Shown here: piece after piece, positions 1 through 11,494 of the stretch
Layout of the letters: each line of letters starts with the position of its first letter
Numbering within the stretch: the stretch's first letter is position 1
Assembly: GCA_002269645.1 (NCBI GenBank)
Contig: NIVC01000246.1
Span: forward strand, 68,769-132,768
From: Macrostomum lignano
Lineage: Eukaryota
DNA: 64,000 nucleotides
Direction: 5' to 3'
Translations under genes and position numbers: made by a program
The notes under the pieces: model-generated
What the model was told of the DNA's origin: nothing
The model's database searches: none
The model's input: only the letters and a program-made list of their open reading frames with translations

Positions 1-61
1 ATTACAATTCGTACTTTATGGTAGTTTTTCAACTTATTTGTCTGTTCAGATTAATGAGTAG

Positions 62-490
62 TATTAGAGTAGATGCTGACAGTTTTTGTGTAGATGCTGA
101 CAATGTTTGAGTAGATGCTGACAATGTTTGAGTAGATGCTGAAAGTGTTTGAGTAGATGCTGACAGTGTTTGAGTTGATGCTGAAAGTGTTTGAGTAAAT
201 GCTGACAGTGTTTGAGTAGATGCTGAAAGTGTTTGAGTAGATGCTGACAATGTTTGAGTAGATGCTGAAAGTGTTTAAGTAGATGCTGACAATGTTTGAG
301 TAGATGCTGAAAGTGTTTAAGTAGATGCTGACAATGTTTGAGTAGATGCTGAAAGTGTTTGAGTAGATGCTGACAGTGTTTGAGTAGATGCTGAAAGTGT
401 TTGAGTAGATGCTGACAATGTTTGAGTAGATGCTGGCAATGTTTGAGTAGATGCTGACAGTGTTTGAGTAGGTGCTGACAGTGTTTGGGA
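62..490. repeat. 21-bp minisatellite (GTAGATGCTGACAGTGTTTGA), about 20 copies
   Basis: Tandem periodicity read directly; explains the 7-aa STQTLSA periodic ORFs. Confidence 0.95.
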
Positions 491-498
491 AGATGCTG

Positions 499-930
499 TA
501 GACCCTATGTGATACCCTGTGGGATACTTTGTGGGATACCCTGTGGGATACCCTGTGGGATACCCTTTGGGATACCCTGTGGGATACCCTGTGAGATACT
601 CTATGGGATACCCTGTGGGATACCCTGTGGGATACCCTGTGGGATACCCTGTGGGATACCCTGTGGGATACCCTGTGGGATACCCTGTGGGATACCCTGT
701 GGGATACCCTGTGGGATACCCTGTGGGATACCCTGTGGGATACCCTGTGGGATACCCTGTGGGATACCCTGTGGGATACCCTGTGGGATACCCTGTGGGA
801 TACCCTGTGGGATACCCTGTGGGATACGCTGTGGGATACCCTGTGGGATACGCTGTGGGATACCCTGTGGGATACCCTGTGGGATACCCTGTTGGATACC
901 CTGTTGGATACCCTGTGGGATACCCTGTGG
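499..930. repeat. 12-bp minisatellite (GGGATACCCTGT), about 35 copies
   Basis: Near-perfect tandem array; explains the GYPV/GIPC/SHRV ORFs. Confidence 0.95.
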
Positions 931-1020
931 AATTCTGTTGGCCCAAGGAGGCCAGAGCCAATCGGCGTGCACCAACACTCGGATAACAATGTAGTCTGCA
1001 TGCAAAAGACGCAGGCTCTG

Positions 1021-1034
1021 GTTGCTATAGCAAC
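1021..1034. promoter_or_regulatory. Palindromic RFX X-box-like motif GTTGCTATAGCAAC
   Basis: Perfect 14-bp palindrome matching the RFX consensus, in a unique island between two arrays and about 80 nt upstream of a GTGAGT donor at 1113. Confidence 0.45.
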
Positions 1035-1169
1035 ATGGAAGCTTATAAACGTTTAACTGGCGGCTTCCGCATCAACAGAAGAGTAATTGAATCTGTTTTT
1101 TAGAAAGGCTGGGTGAGTATCTTTTGTGTACATCCTTATATAGTACTTTGCCATTATTATGTTAAGTCA

Positions 1170-1862
1170 GCTCTTGTTCATAAAATCCCACTCCTGTTCA
1201 TAAAATCCCACTAAGTTGATAAAATCCCACTCCTCTTTATAAAATCCCACTCCTGTTTATGAAATCCCACTCCTGCTCATAAAATCTGTTCATGAAATCC
1301 CATTCTTGTACATAAAATCCCACTCCTGCTCATAAAATCTCACTCCTGTTCATAAAATCCCAATCCTGTTCATAAAGTCCCACTCCTGTTCATGAAATCC
1401 CACTTCTGTTCATGAAATCCCACTTCTGTTCATGAAATCCCACTTCTGTTCATGAAATCCCACTTCTGTTCATGAAATCCCACTTTTGTTCATGAAATCC
1501 CACTCCTGTTCATGAAATTCCACTTCTGTTCATGAAATCCCACTTCTGTTCATGAAATTCCACTCTTGTTCATGAAATTCCACTCCTGTTATAAAATCCC
1601 ACTCCTGTTCATGAAATTCCACTCCTGTTCATGAAATCCCACTCCTGTTCATGAAATCCCACTCCTGCTCATGAAATCTGTTCATGAAATCCCATTCTTG
1701 TACATAAAATCCCACTCCTGCTCATAAAATCTCACTCCTGTTCATAAAATCCCAATCCTGTTCATAAAGTCCCACTTTTGTTCATGAAATCTCACTTTTT
1801 TTCATGAAATCCCACTTCTGTTCATGAAATCCCACTTTTGTTCATGAAATCCCACCCCTGCT
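1170..1862. repeat. 20-bp minisatellite (CATGAAATCCCACTCCTGTT)
   Basis: Tandem array ending about 40 nt before the acceptor at 1904-1905. Confidence 0.92.
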
Positions 1863-1968
1863 CATGAAACTTGTTGTTCAATGAATCGAGCCGACTGTTT
1901 TTCAGTCCATCAACATTTTGCAAGTTCCGTGCCCAGCAAAAAGGAAGCTCCCCACCCTGAAGCCGTCG

Positions 1969-3680
1969 ATGTCGCTGACTCTGCTGACTCTGCTGACTCT
2001 GCTGTTGCTGCTCCACCTTGATGCCAGCCGGGCAGCCGACTTCCACCTGGTCCGGGGCTCGTTGTGCATCCGCGGGAGTTCGTAGTCGAGCTGGCCAACC
2101 CGATCGGGACTCCCCTGGCCTGCGCGTTTGAGTGCTCAGGGCTGCCTGACTGTCAGGCCTTCGAGCTGCCGGATGGCCGCGGCATCTGCCGACTGTTCGT
2201 CTTCGACATGTGCAGCAGGCCGCTGGCCGACTGCGGCGTCTGCAACCGCACCGGCGACGTTTTCGTGCGGCGCCGGCCGGGACTGACGGCTGGCCGACTC
2301 TGTCCGGATGCTTACGGTGACGCCAGGTGAGGACTGCGTTCAAGGTATTCGGGTGCGGGTTGTCAGGCATTCGGGTGCGGGACTTCAGGCATTCGGGTGC
2401 GGGACTTCAGGCATTCGGGTGCGGGACTTCAGGCATTCGGGTGCGGGACTTCAGGCATTCGGTGCGGGACTTCAGGCACTCGGGTGCTGGTCTTCAGGTG
2501 TTCGAGTGCGGGTCTTCAGGTGTTCGGGTGCGGGTCTTCAGGTGTTCGGGTGCGGGTCTTCAGGTGTTCGGGTGCGGGACTTCAGGTGTTCGGGTGCGGG
2601 TCTTCAGGAATTCGGGTGCGGGACTTCAGGTGTTCGGGTGCGGGTCTTCAGGAATTCGGGTGCGGGACTTCAGGAATTCGGGTGCGCGTCTTCAGGAATT
2701 CGGGTGCGGGACTTCAGGAATTCGGGTGCGGGTCTTCAGGAATTCGGGTGCGGGACTTCAGGCATTCGGGTGCGGGACTTCAGGCACTCGGGTGCGGGTC
2801 TTCAGGTGTTCGGGTGCGGGTCTTCAGGCATTCGGGTGCGGGTCTTCAGGCATTCGGGTGCGGGTCTTCAGGTATTTAGTATATAGGATTCTTACTGAAA
2901 AACTGTCGTGCAGTTCACACCCATGAAGGCAAACCCCGAAGACACGGAAGGGGTACATGGTACGTACATGCCTGACGATTAGAAAGTCAGGGTCGATGTA
3001 CACCTTGTGTGAGCTGTGTGTATGAGTTCGTGCCTGAGTACAGTATTGGCTCAAAATTACATAATATTGGATGAAGTCGCCCAAGGCTCTTCTGTGAATA
3101 TTTGTTTTATTTATACTCGTAGTCTTCATATACAGGTACATTGTAGCATAATTAGATACCTAATGCCTGCGTCATAACTGTTCAAAATGATGTTATTATT
3201 ATCAAAGTACATACAGTACGCTGGAAAGTTATTTACTCCGTCCCAGCAACAAGTCAAAAGCCCCCGCATTGGCTTCTCAGGTGCGGCCTTCGCTACCGCC
3301 TGGCAACCGGGGCGCACAGCTGGACAGCTTTCAAATCGATGGCCGAAGTCGAGCCGGGCGGCCTCGCGGGCTTCGCCGACGCCCTGACAGCCGACGAGCT
3401 GTCCTGGGTGCTGGCGCTCAGCGTCCGCCATTCTTCATCATTTTTCCTGTCCGGCGCCCAGCTGCCGGGCAGTCCGGAGCCGGCCGGCGGCTTCCGCTGG
3501 AGCCGCTGCAACCGGACAGTAAACCCCGGCTTCTTCTGGCCGGGCGATCCGGACAATCGGGCTGGCGAAGACTTTGTCGGGGTGTACTTCGCCGGCGGCG
3601 GCACCTCCAAGGGGCTGGTGGATGTGCCAGTGAACCCGTACTCGGCGGCGCTCTTCATGTGCGTGTCGCCCTTCGATTGA
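1969..3680 (+). CDS. Secreted PAN/Apple-like + C-type lectin domain protein (2 coding exons; 1-nt frameshift near 2054-2057)
   Basis: Exons 1969-2326 and 3281-3680 join in phase 2 (AG|G). Hydrophobic leader MSLTLLTLLTLLLLLHLDAS; PAN-like CAFECSGLPDCQAFEL..CRLF; CTLD-like CPDAYG..SW..FRWSRC..FWPGDPDN..GE..FMC. One extra G in GGGG 2054-2057 joins the leader to the PAN frame. Confidence 0.72.
2345..2876. repeat. 22-bp intronic minisatellite (TTCGGGTGCGGGACTTCAGGCA)
   Basis: Tandem array starting about 20 nt after the donor at 2327. Confidence 0.93.
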
Positions 3681-3719
3681 GCAGCTGGAGCGGGATTGGC
3701 AAACTGCTGTGGACACTAC

Positions 3720-4045
3720 TAAAGATACCCTAAAGACACCCTGAAGACGCCCTGAAGATGTCCTGAAGATGCTCTGAAGATACCCTGAGAATACCCTAGA
3801 GATTTCTGACGATAACCTGAAAAGGCGCCCCTGAAAAAACCTGAAGACACCCTGAAGATATATCTTGAATATGCCCTGAAGATACCCTGAAGACGCCCTG
3901 AAGACGACCTGAAGATACCCTGAAGACGACCTGAAGATACCCTGAGAATACCCTGAGAATACCCTGAAGATACCTTGATAATACCCTAAAGATATTCTGA
4001 AGATACCTGGTACCCTGAAGACACCCATGTAGAACCTGAACACAC
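3720..4045. repeat. Degenerate 11-12-bp tandem repeat (GATACCCTGAA)
   Basis: Repeated GATACCCTGA/GACGCCCTGA units just 3' of the lectin stop. Confidence 0.8.
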
Positions 4046-4437
4046 CCTTCAGCATCTTAGCTCTCATAATCTCAGTGTAAACACCGAACCCGGTCATACC
4101 AGAACGATGGCTAAAATAAAATAATTATTAAAAATGATTGACAAGTGCTGATCTCTACGGCAATTAAACTGTGAACAACAGGCCTAATATTATTTATTCT
4201 CCTCTGCTTTGTGCTTGGGTCCCCGCAGTCTGTTAGCTTTGGTTCCAAACCCCTTCACAAACACTTGCTCACCTGAAACTTAATCTCTCGCGGGCTAATT
4301 AGCACCTCGCCATCTTAATTAGAAGTTCCACAGCTGCTTTTGAGCTTCTACATGTAATGTCAATGTATGGTGTTTTACCTGGACAGATTGCACGGAATTT
4401 ACCACCTGTTGACCTGCATGGAGCATGGCCGGAGCAC

Positions 4438-4880
4438 GCTACCCTCCACAGCTACCCTCCACAGCTACCCACCATGGCTACCCTCCACAGCTACACTCCA
4501 CAGCTACCCACCATGGCTAACCTCCACAGCTACCCTCCACAGCTACCCTCCACAGCTACCCTCAACAGCTACCCTCCACAGATACCCTCCACAGCTACCC
4601 TCCACAGCTACCCTCCACAGCTACCCTCCACAGCTACCCTCCACAGCTATCCTCCACAGCTACCCTCCACAGCTACCCTCCACAGCTACCCTCCACAGCT
4701 ACCCTCCACAGCTACCCTCCACAGCTACCCTCCACAGCTACCCTCCACAGCTACCCTCCACAGCTACCCTCCACAGTTACCCTCCACAGCTACCCTCCAC
4801 AGCTACCCTCCACAGCTACCCTCCACAGCTACCCTCCACTGCTACCCTCCACTGCTACCCTCCACTGCTACCCTCCTACA
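4438..4880 (+). repeat. 13-bp minisatellite (AGCTACCCTCCAC)
   Basis: Tandem array, about 33 copies. Confidence 0.93.
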
Positions 4881-5499
4881 GTAAAATAAAATGAAAATTA
4901 TATAATCAAACGCATAAAGATCTACATGTAGGAGCATAGAAACCAGAGGGTGGAGCGCCCATCCGACATTGTCATGTGGCAGGGTCACTCCAGGTCACTC
5001 CAGCTCTGATGAAGCGCAGCCATTCAGGCGTTACAGCACAAGCAGCTGCACACAATCAACTTCCTTCCCAAAAGTCGTCTGTCGTCCGGGCCTCGCGCCT
5101 GGCAATTCCATATTTTGATTTCATTTCTTGACGAAGAAAGATTGGCATGAATTATGAATGCTGTAGCAACATCAAGCAGCTAACGTGGCAGCTAAGTCTT
5201 GCTTCCACAACTGACGGACAAAGTCGTTAGAAGTTTGTCACCTCCCTTGGCATGTTTTAGCAACTCAATCGTGTGGGAGGACCGGCCCATACCGCTGCTG
5301 CCGCGGCTGTTGTGTGTCACTCTTATATAAATTGATTGATTTTTGCGATACTTAACAATATTTCATTAACAATCAAAATTGAAGAGTAAATTACCATTGG
5401 GACCGGTATTTTTCCTGGTGTATGGATTGCTCAAATTTGAAACATGAGTTAGCAAGTGCCTCCTGAAGAATCGGAACTAAGAGTGGAATAGTTGAAGGA

Positions 5500-5775
5500 A
5501 TGGTAGCTGTAGAGCGTAGCTGTGGAGGGTAGCTGTGGAGGGTAGCTGTGGAGCGTAGCTGTGGAGGGTAGCTGTGGAGGGTAGCTGTGAAGGGTAGCTG
5601 TGGAGCGTAGCTGTGGAGGGTAGCTGTGGAGGGTAGCTGTGGAGGGTAGCTGTGGAGGGTAGCTGTGGAGGGTAGCTGTGGAGGGTAGCCATGGTGGGTA
5701 GCTGTGGAGGGTAGCTGTTGAGGGTAGCCATGGTGGGTAGCTGTGGAGGGTAGCCATGGAGGGTAGCTGTGGAGG
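5500..5775 (-). repeat. Same 13-bp minisatellite, inverted orientation
   Basis: GTGGAGGGTAGCT units are the reverse complement of the 4438-4880 unit. Confidence 0.93.
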
Positions 5776-5789
5776 TTAAGGAGAATTGA

Positions 5790-7728
5790 AGCAGCTCGCA
5801 GCAGTCAGAAGAGACCAGAAGCCACAGAGGCCGCAGAGACCGAAGCAGCACGTATCTTGCGATCGCTGCGGCAGGCCATGGCAACCCACGTGCACCGCAG
5901 CGCAGGGCAAGAGCTGCAGAAAGTGCGGGAAGCCTTTGAGCAGCTGAAGCGCAGCATCGCGGAGCCGACAACGCTGGCTTTTTACGACAAGCGGCTACAC
6001 ACGCAGCTGATCGTGGACGCGGGGCCGACCGGACTGGGCGCCATCCTGGCGCAGGTGCAGCGCGACGGCAACTCAAGGCCGGTTGCATACGCCAGCCGGA
6101 CCCTCTCCGATGTCGAGCGGCGATATTCGCAGACCGAGAAGGAGGCACTCACCATGAAGTTCGGCTGCCTGAAGTTTGAGTACTACCTGCATGGATCGCG
6201 CGAGTTCACAGTGGTCTCCGATCACAAGCCGCTGACGGCCATGTTCGCGCCTGGGTCGCGGCCGCCTCCACGAGTCGAGCGAATGGCGCTGAGGATCCAG
6301 CACCTAGTGTTCAAGGTCTAGTACCAGCCGGGAGCCTCCAATGCTGCAGATGTACTCAGCAGGCAGCCCCTAAGCGCACAAGGCAGAAGTTTTGGCGAGC
6401 AGCTGAGGGAGGCCTACATCAACGAGGTGGCGCAGGCGGCTGTGCCGATGGCGCTGACGCTCCAGGACATCCGCAAGAGCTCTGCCAGCGACCCAGTCAT
6501 CCGGGCAGCGATAGCGGCGAAGCAAGGCGGCCGCTGGGATCGCTCCAACCCCGAGATACGCTCGCTCCACGCGCTGCGAGAGGAGCTGTCTGCGGTTGAC
6601 GGGGTCCTCCTTCGGCACCACCGAATCGTCGTGCCAGCTGATCTGCTGCAGCAGATGCTCGAATTAGCGCATGAAGGGCACCATGCAGTGCTCGCAGAAG
6701 ACGATCGCCAGACTCTGCACGAAGGTCTGGTGGCCGAGGATGGCAACTCAAGCGGAGGAATTCGTCAGTCGATGTCGCAGCTGCGCCGTCACGTCGCACA
6801 CGCCAGCCGTCCGGGCCACGCCTCTGCAGCCGGCGCCGATCCCCGCAGGCGCCTGGCTGTCGATCGGCGCCGATTTCGTGGGACCCATCAGCAACAACAT
6901 GCTGCTGGTGTGCGTGGACCGCTACTCAAGGTTTCCGGAGGTGCAGCTCACGCAGGCGACGACGGCCGAGGCACTGTTCGCCCGCTTCGGATCCCGCAGG
7001 AGCTCTTGAAAGATAATGAACCGCCCTTCTCGTCCAAGGAGTTCGGCCGGTTCCTGGCGAGCTACGGGATCAAGCACCGCCTCATCACGCCCTACTACCC
7101 AGCGGCCAACGGCATGACAGAGCGACTGAACCGCTCCATCAACAAAGTCGTGCGAGCAGCCATCGAGGAGCGGCGGGACTGGAGGACCGCTCTGGACGAG
7201 TGGCTGCTGGCCTACAGGAACACGCCGCACACGGCCACCGGGCGCGCACCAGCCGAGCTGCTGATGGGCCGGCGGCTAAACGACGTCATCCCCGCCGCCC
7301 GGCCATCCCAGCGAGTCCGCATCAACGAGCAGCGGCTGAGAGACGCCGACGCCGGCGCCAAGGCGGCGATGAAGCAGCACGCTGACGCAAGGAGGCGACC
7401 ACGGCGGCACGACGTCCAGGTCGGCGACTCGGTGCTACGACGGCGGGTCAGTGCCAGCAAGACGCAGACGCCATTCGAGAGCGGTGCCTGGACGGTCCAG
7501 CGGGTGGCCGGCAACTCGCTGCTGCTACGCCGGGACGGCACGACCTGCTGGCGGCACTGCACGGCGGTCAAAGTCGTCAGCCCCGACTTGGCCGACGCCG
7601 GCGTCCATACGCAGAACGCTACACCGAGAGCTGCTGGCGAGGCGGCCCGAGATCCACCCGCCTCCCCGGTGGCGCTGCGCCCGCACCCCCGCGCTGCTCG
7701 GGCTGGCGTGAAAATCTACAAGGACTGA
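5790..7728 (+). mobile_element. Decayed Ty3/Gypsy LTR-retrotransposon pol fragment (RT connection, RNase H, integrase); no LTRs seen
   Basis: RNase H motifs LIVDAGPTGLGAIL, VAYASRTL, YSQTEKEAL, SDHKPL; in-frame TAG at 6319-6321 followed by YQPGASNAADVLSR; HHCC finger HEGH..KVWWP..CRSC; integrase ADF..KDN..TERLNRSI split by frameshifts. Confidence 0.92.
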
Positions 7729-7814
7729 ATTTGGAATCCTGCAGTGACTGAAATTAACCCAGCGAGATTGTACAAGAGTTTGGCTACACAGTAAACACGG
7801 CCTCTGACTCAGTT

Positions 7815-8045
7815 ACAACTCTGTGGAGGGTAGCTGTGGAGGGTAGCTGTGGAGGGTAGCTGTGGAGGGTAGCTGTGGAGGGTATAGCTGTGGAGCTGGG
7901 TAGCTGTGAAGGGTAGCTGTGGAGGGTAACTGTGGAGGGTAGCTGTGGAGGGTAGCTGTGGAGGGTAGCTGTGGAGGGTAGCTGTGGAGGGTAGCTGTGG
8001 AGGGTAGCTGTGGAGGGTAGCTGTGGAGGATAGTTGTGGAGGGTA
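7815..8045 (-). repeat. Third block of the 13-bp minisatellite
   Basis: GTGGAGGGTAGCT tandem units. Confidence 0.92.
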
Positions 8046-8622
8046 GAAGAAAGTGTTCAACCAACCTCCACTCTGGCTCAAGGCGTTAATTTTATTGTCT
8101 ATGGCAGCGGAGGTTACTTAGTGAGAATCTCCGGTAGCAAAGCACTAGCGACATAGACAAGGCGTACAGGCAAAGTGGGATACATGTTGAGAGTCAATTC
8201 TCTTTCTCGCTGCCACCCTTACAATGTGCGAATGCCCGTCCTCCCGCCCTTCCTTCCTCGCGCGTACACCCACGTTGCGAGCGCAGAAAAAGCAACGACC
8301 CGCTCTTCAGCCATACATGTAGAGCTACATATCTTGCATTTGAAGGCTGAAGGACACAGAAATGCCATACTTCTCTTTTTATTCCCCTTTTAGATTGGCG
8401 CTGCCGAAATTGAGTGCAAAACGGTGTAGCAGTTAAAATCATTAACAGTAGTGAACCATCACAAGTACTTAATTTAGATTATAATTAATGTCTATGTTTG
8501 TAAATGTATACAAGAATCAATTTCAATGAAATACACATGCACATATACTCGTTAAGCGTTTTGAAGCACCTTATAAGCTAGCAGCCACGCGCCATTGTCC
8601 AGAAATATAGCGCAGTCGCGGC

Positions 8623-9453
8623 ATGCAGAACAATTGCGCCGATGAAGCTGAAGGCAGCAGCAGTGACAATGGCAGCAAACTAGCCAAGCCTGCGAAAGCC
8701 GGCCAACAAGCCGGCGGCGGGTCAGGTCGCAACCGTCGGCGAAGCCGCAGCAGCACTCGTCGCCGACGCAACGGCAGTCGACGCCGTCGCCGTCGTAGCG
8801 GCAGCGGCGGTGCAGAAGGCCAAACAGCGGATAGCGACGAGAACGCGGAATATGATTATGAGTATTCTGACGATGATGATGAGGCTGATGGCGGCGGAGG
8901 CGAACAAGATGGCAAGGATGGTCAAGATGGAAGTGCCGGGGGAGGCCGCGGTGGCGCCGGTGGACGCGGCGGCGGAGGTCGCGGAGGTGCTGGGGGTCTC
9001 GGAGGTCGTGGAGGCGGCGGCGGCGGTGGACAAGACGGAAAGGATGGTCAAGACGGAGCTGCCGGAGGTCGCGGAGGTGCCGGAGGTCGCGGAGGCGCCG
9101 GAGGTCGTGGAGGCGGCGGCGGTGGTGGACAAGACGGTCGCGGAGGCGGCGGTGGTGGACAAGATGGAGAGGATGGTCAAGACGGAGCTGCCGGAGGTCG
9201 CGGAGGTGCCGGAGGCCGAGGCGCAGGCGGGGCCAGGGGAGGTCGCGGAGGCGCCGGAGGTCGCGGAGGCGGCGGCGGTGGACAAGACGGAGAGGATGGC
9301 CAAGACGGAGGTGCCGGAGGTCGCGGAGGTGCCGGAGGCCGAGGCGCAGGCGGGGCCAGGGGAGGTCGCGGAGGCGCAGCTGGTCAAGATGGAGAAGCCG
9401 GTCAGACTGGAGCGGCCGCAGGATTTCGCAGCGCCAAAGGAATTGGCAGATAG
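8623..9453 (+). CDS. 276-aa low-complexity protein: Arg/Ser-rich basic segment, acidic patch, RGG/Gly-rich repeats
   Basis: ATG after an in-frame upstream TAG (8608-8610); GC-rich like other exons in the window; RNRRRSRSSTRRRRNGSRRRRRRS, then YDYEYSDDDDE, then GGRGG and QDGKDGQDG repeats. No domain recognised. Confidence 0.5.
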   Translation: MQNNCADEAEGSSSDNGSKLAKPAKAGQQAGGGSGRNRRRSRSSTRRRRNGSRRRRRRSGSGGAEGQTADSDENAEYDYEYSDDDDEADGGGGEQDGKDGQDGSAGGGRGGAGGRGGGGRGGAGGLGGRGGGGGGGQDGKDGQDGAAGGRGGAGGRGGAGGRGGGGGGGQDGRGGGGGGQDGEDGQDGAAGGRGGAGGRGAGGARGGRGGAGGRGGGGGGQDGEDGQDGGAGGRGGAGGRGAGGARGGRGGAAGQDGEAGQTGAAAGFRSAKGIGR

Positions 9454-10156
9454 CTGTCGCTCACTCTGGCACTTAATTATATCAAGGATGTCGCGGTTTT
9501 GCCATGCCTTTAAGGCAGCCTCGCAATGTCTGTGAAAACAGAAACTTTCTAATTTCCTAATAAAGGCAGAAAAATTATATGCCAGCAGCGTGTCCCGCCG
9601 ATTATTCCGTTATTTTTGTTTTAATTGATTTTTGTTTTAATATTTTTCTTTCATTTGTTTTTATGTGCATGTTTTTATGACATAAATCAGTCGCACAATT
9701 TAATCATGCTTATGATTAAAACTAAAATGAAAATAAATTTGTAGATGTACGAATGTACTAGTATGTACGACATCGGATGATTTTAGGGAGGGCGCTACAT
9801 TCCCGCCCCGAATTTGCTAAAAGCTAACTTTTAGAGATGGCAAATTAAAAAGTAATTGATATTTTTATCGTAAATATTAGTGATGTGCTTGATGGAATGT
9901 TACTTAATAATATCCAAGCGTAGCCATTAATTTGTAAGAGCAGAATTTGATGGCTGTCGCTAAAAGGGCCGTTTTGATCATATTTGATCATGCATGGGCC
10001 GCATTGAACAAGCCCTAAATCAATCTTAGGTCGTTAGGAACGAGTTATATTATTAAATAACTATAAATAGGACCTAGTCATTTGCCTGCTCAGCTTGATA
10101 CAACATACGTATACGTAATATAGCCATGGGACTGCGTGGCATCGTTTAGATGTGGT

Positions 10157-10172
10157 GGCCCTGAAAAGGGCC
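10157..10172 (-). promoter_or_regulatory. Histone 3'-UTR stem-loop (GGCCCTTTTCAGGGCC)
   Basis: Minus strand AAAAC-GGCCCTTTTCAGGGCC-ACCACA, about 125 nt downstream of the H4 stop; matches the SLBP-binding consensus. Confidence 0.92.
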
Positions 10173-10295
10173 GTTTTAACGTTCATGAAAAGAAAGAGAT
10201 AGGTAGAGCTATCAACCCAATAACAGCGCACAAGCTCGTAGAACTATCTGATCTAGAAGTAGAAAACCACTTTCGCATGGGAACGCAGACTTTGC

Positions 10296-10622
<327 letters not shown>

Positions 10623-10693
10623 TCAGAATAGAATTGGCAGGCACAAGTGTAAAGGTGAGATTTGATGTAGAAAATTCCATGAGGGTAAGTACC

Positions 10694-10731
10694 ATATATA
10701 AGCCCAGTTTTCCTCGCTGCCCTCTCATTGG
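10694..10731 (-). promoter_or_regulatory. H4 promoter: TATA (10694-10700) and CCAAT (10727-10731)
   Basis: Minus strand CCAAT then TATATAT, about 90-120 nt upstream of the ATG. Confidence 0.6.
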
Positions 10732-11119
10732 CTGAAACAAGCAAACGAAATTATCGATTAGTTAAATATTTCTCCACGCTTCACGGAAGAAGCGTCAATT
10801 TTGCCCCATTTGCCCCAATATTCGAAATAGGCACAGATTCTAGCTCGACATTGCCACTTGCCAGTGAAATATGTAAATCTGTTAACTGTATAGGGGCCTA
10901 ATAGCGCAGACCCATACACTTTAGTCTTAATGCTTAAAACATTTCTTACGGACAGCGGTTTTGCAACTGAAGCGACGCACTTACTAGTTTTTATTTTTAG
11001 GCATTTTAATACACTGCCATACATAGAAATTTACACTTTTGTTCCAGGAATTCCAGCCATCTAGTGTTGTGTCCAGCCATCTTCCGTTTCTGTTACAATG
11101 GTTTAGCAACGATGTTCAC

Positions 11120-11281
11120 CAGGGGCGTAGCCAAGGGGGGTCATGGGGGTCATGACCCCCCAGCCGGCTGATCCAGGCCATATTTTCAGGCCTAGCACCC
11201 CCTGCCCCCGGTTGCCGCTGTGAGCCTGTGACTGACTGTGACCCCCCTCCCCCCCAGAAGGAAATCCTGGCTACGCCACTG
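11120..11281. mobile_element. MITE with TIRs CAGGGGCGTAGCCA / TGGCTACGCCACTG (hAT-like)
   Basis: 14-bp TIRs with 1 mismatch; flanking 8-mers ATGTTCAC and ATGTTTTT match at 5/8, a possible decayed TSD. Confidence 0.7.
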
Positions 11282-11470
11282 ATGTTTTTTATGCCATGCT
11301 ATTTCCGATTAAGAAGTAACTCAACTCGATTTCCTAAATCAATAATCGATATAATTATTGGCGTAACTGTTCTTACATAGTTTTTTAGTTCTCAAACTAT
11401 CTACTATAACGGCGTTTTTTCATGAGAATAACTTTTAGGTTTGTTTGGCAACAAACTTAACTGAAAGGTA

Positions 11471-11494
11471 AAACGGCCCTTTTAAGGGCTACCC
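11471..11494 (+). promoter_or_regulatory. Orphan histone-type stem-loop (AAAC-GGCCCTTTTAAGGGCT-ACCC)
   Basis: Consensus stem-loop with consensus flanks, but no histone CDS visible upstream on the + strand. Confidence 0.6.

Noticed and set aside
5040-5335. Possible small minus-strand gene (TATA, ATGCCCAAGGGAG|GT)
   Set aside because: The spliced product would be only about 28 aa with no recognisable feature.
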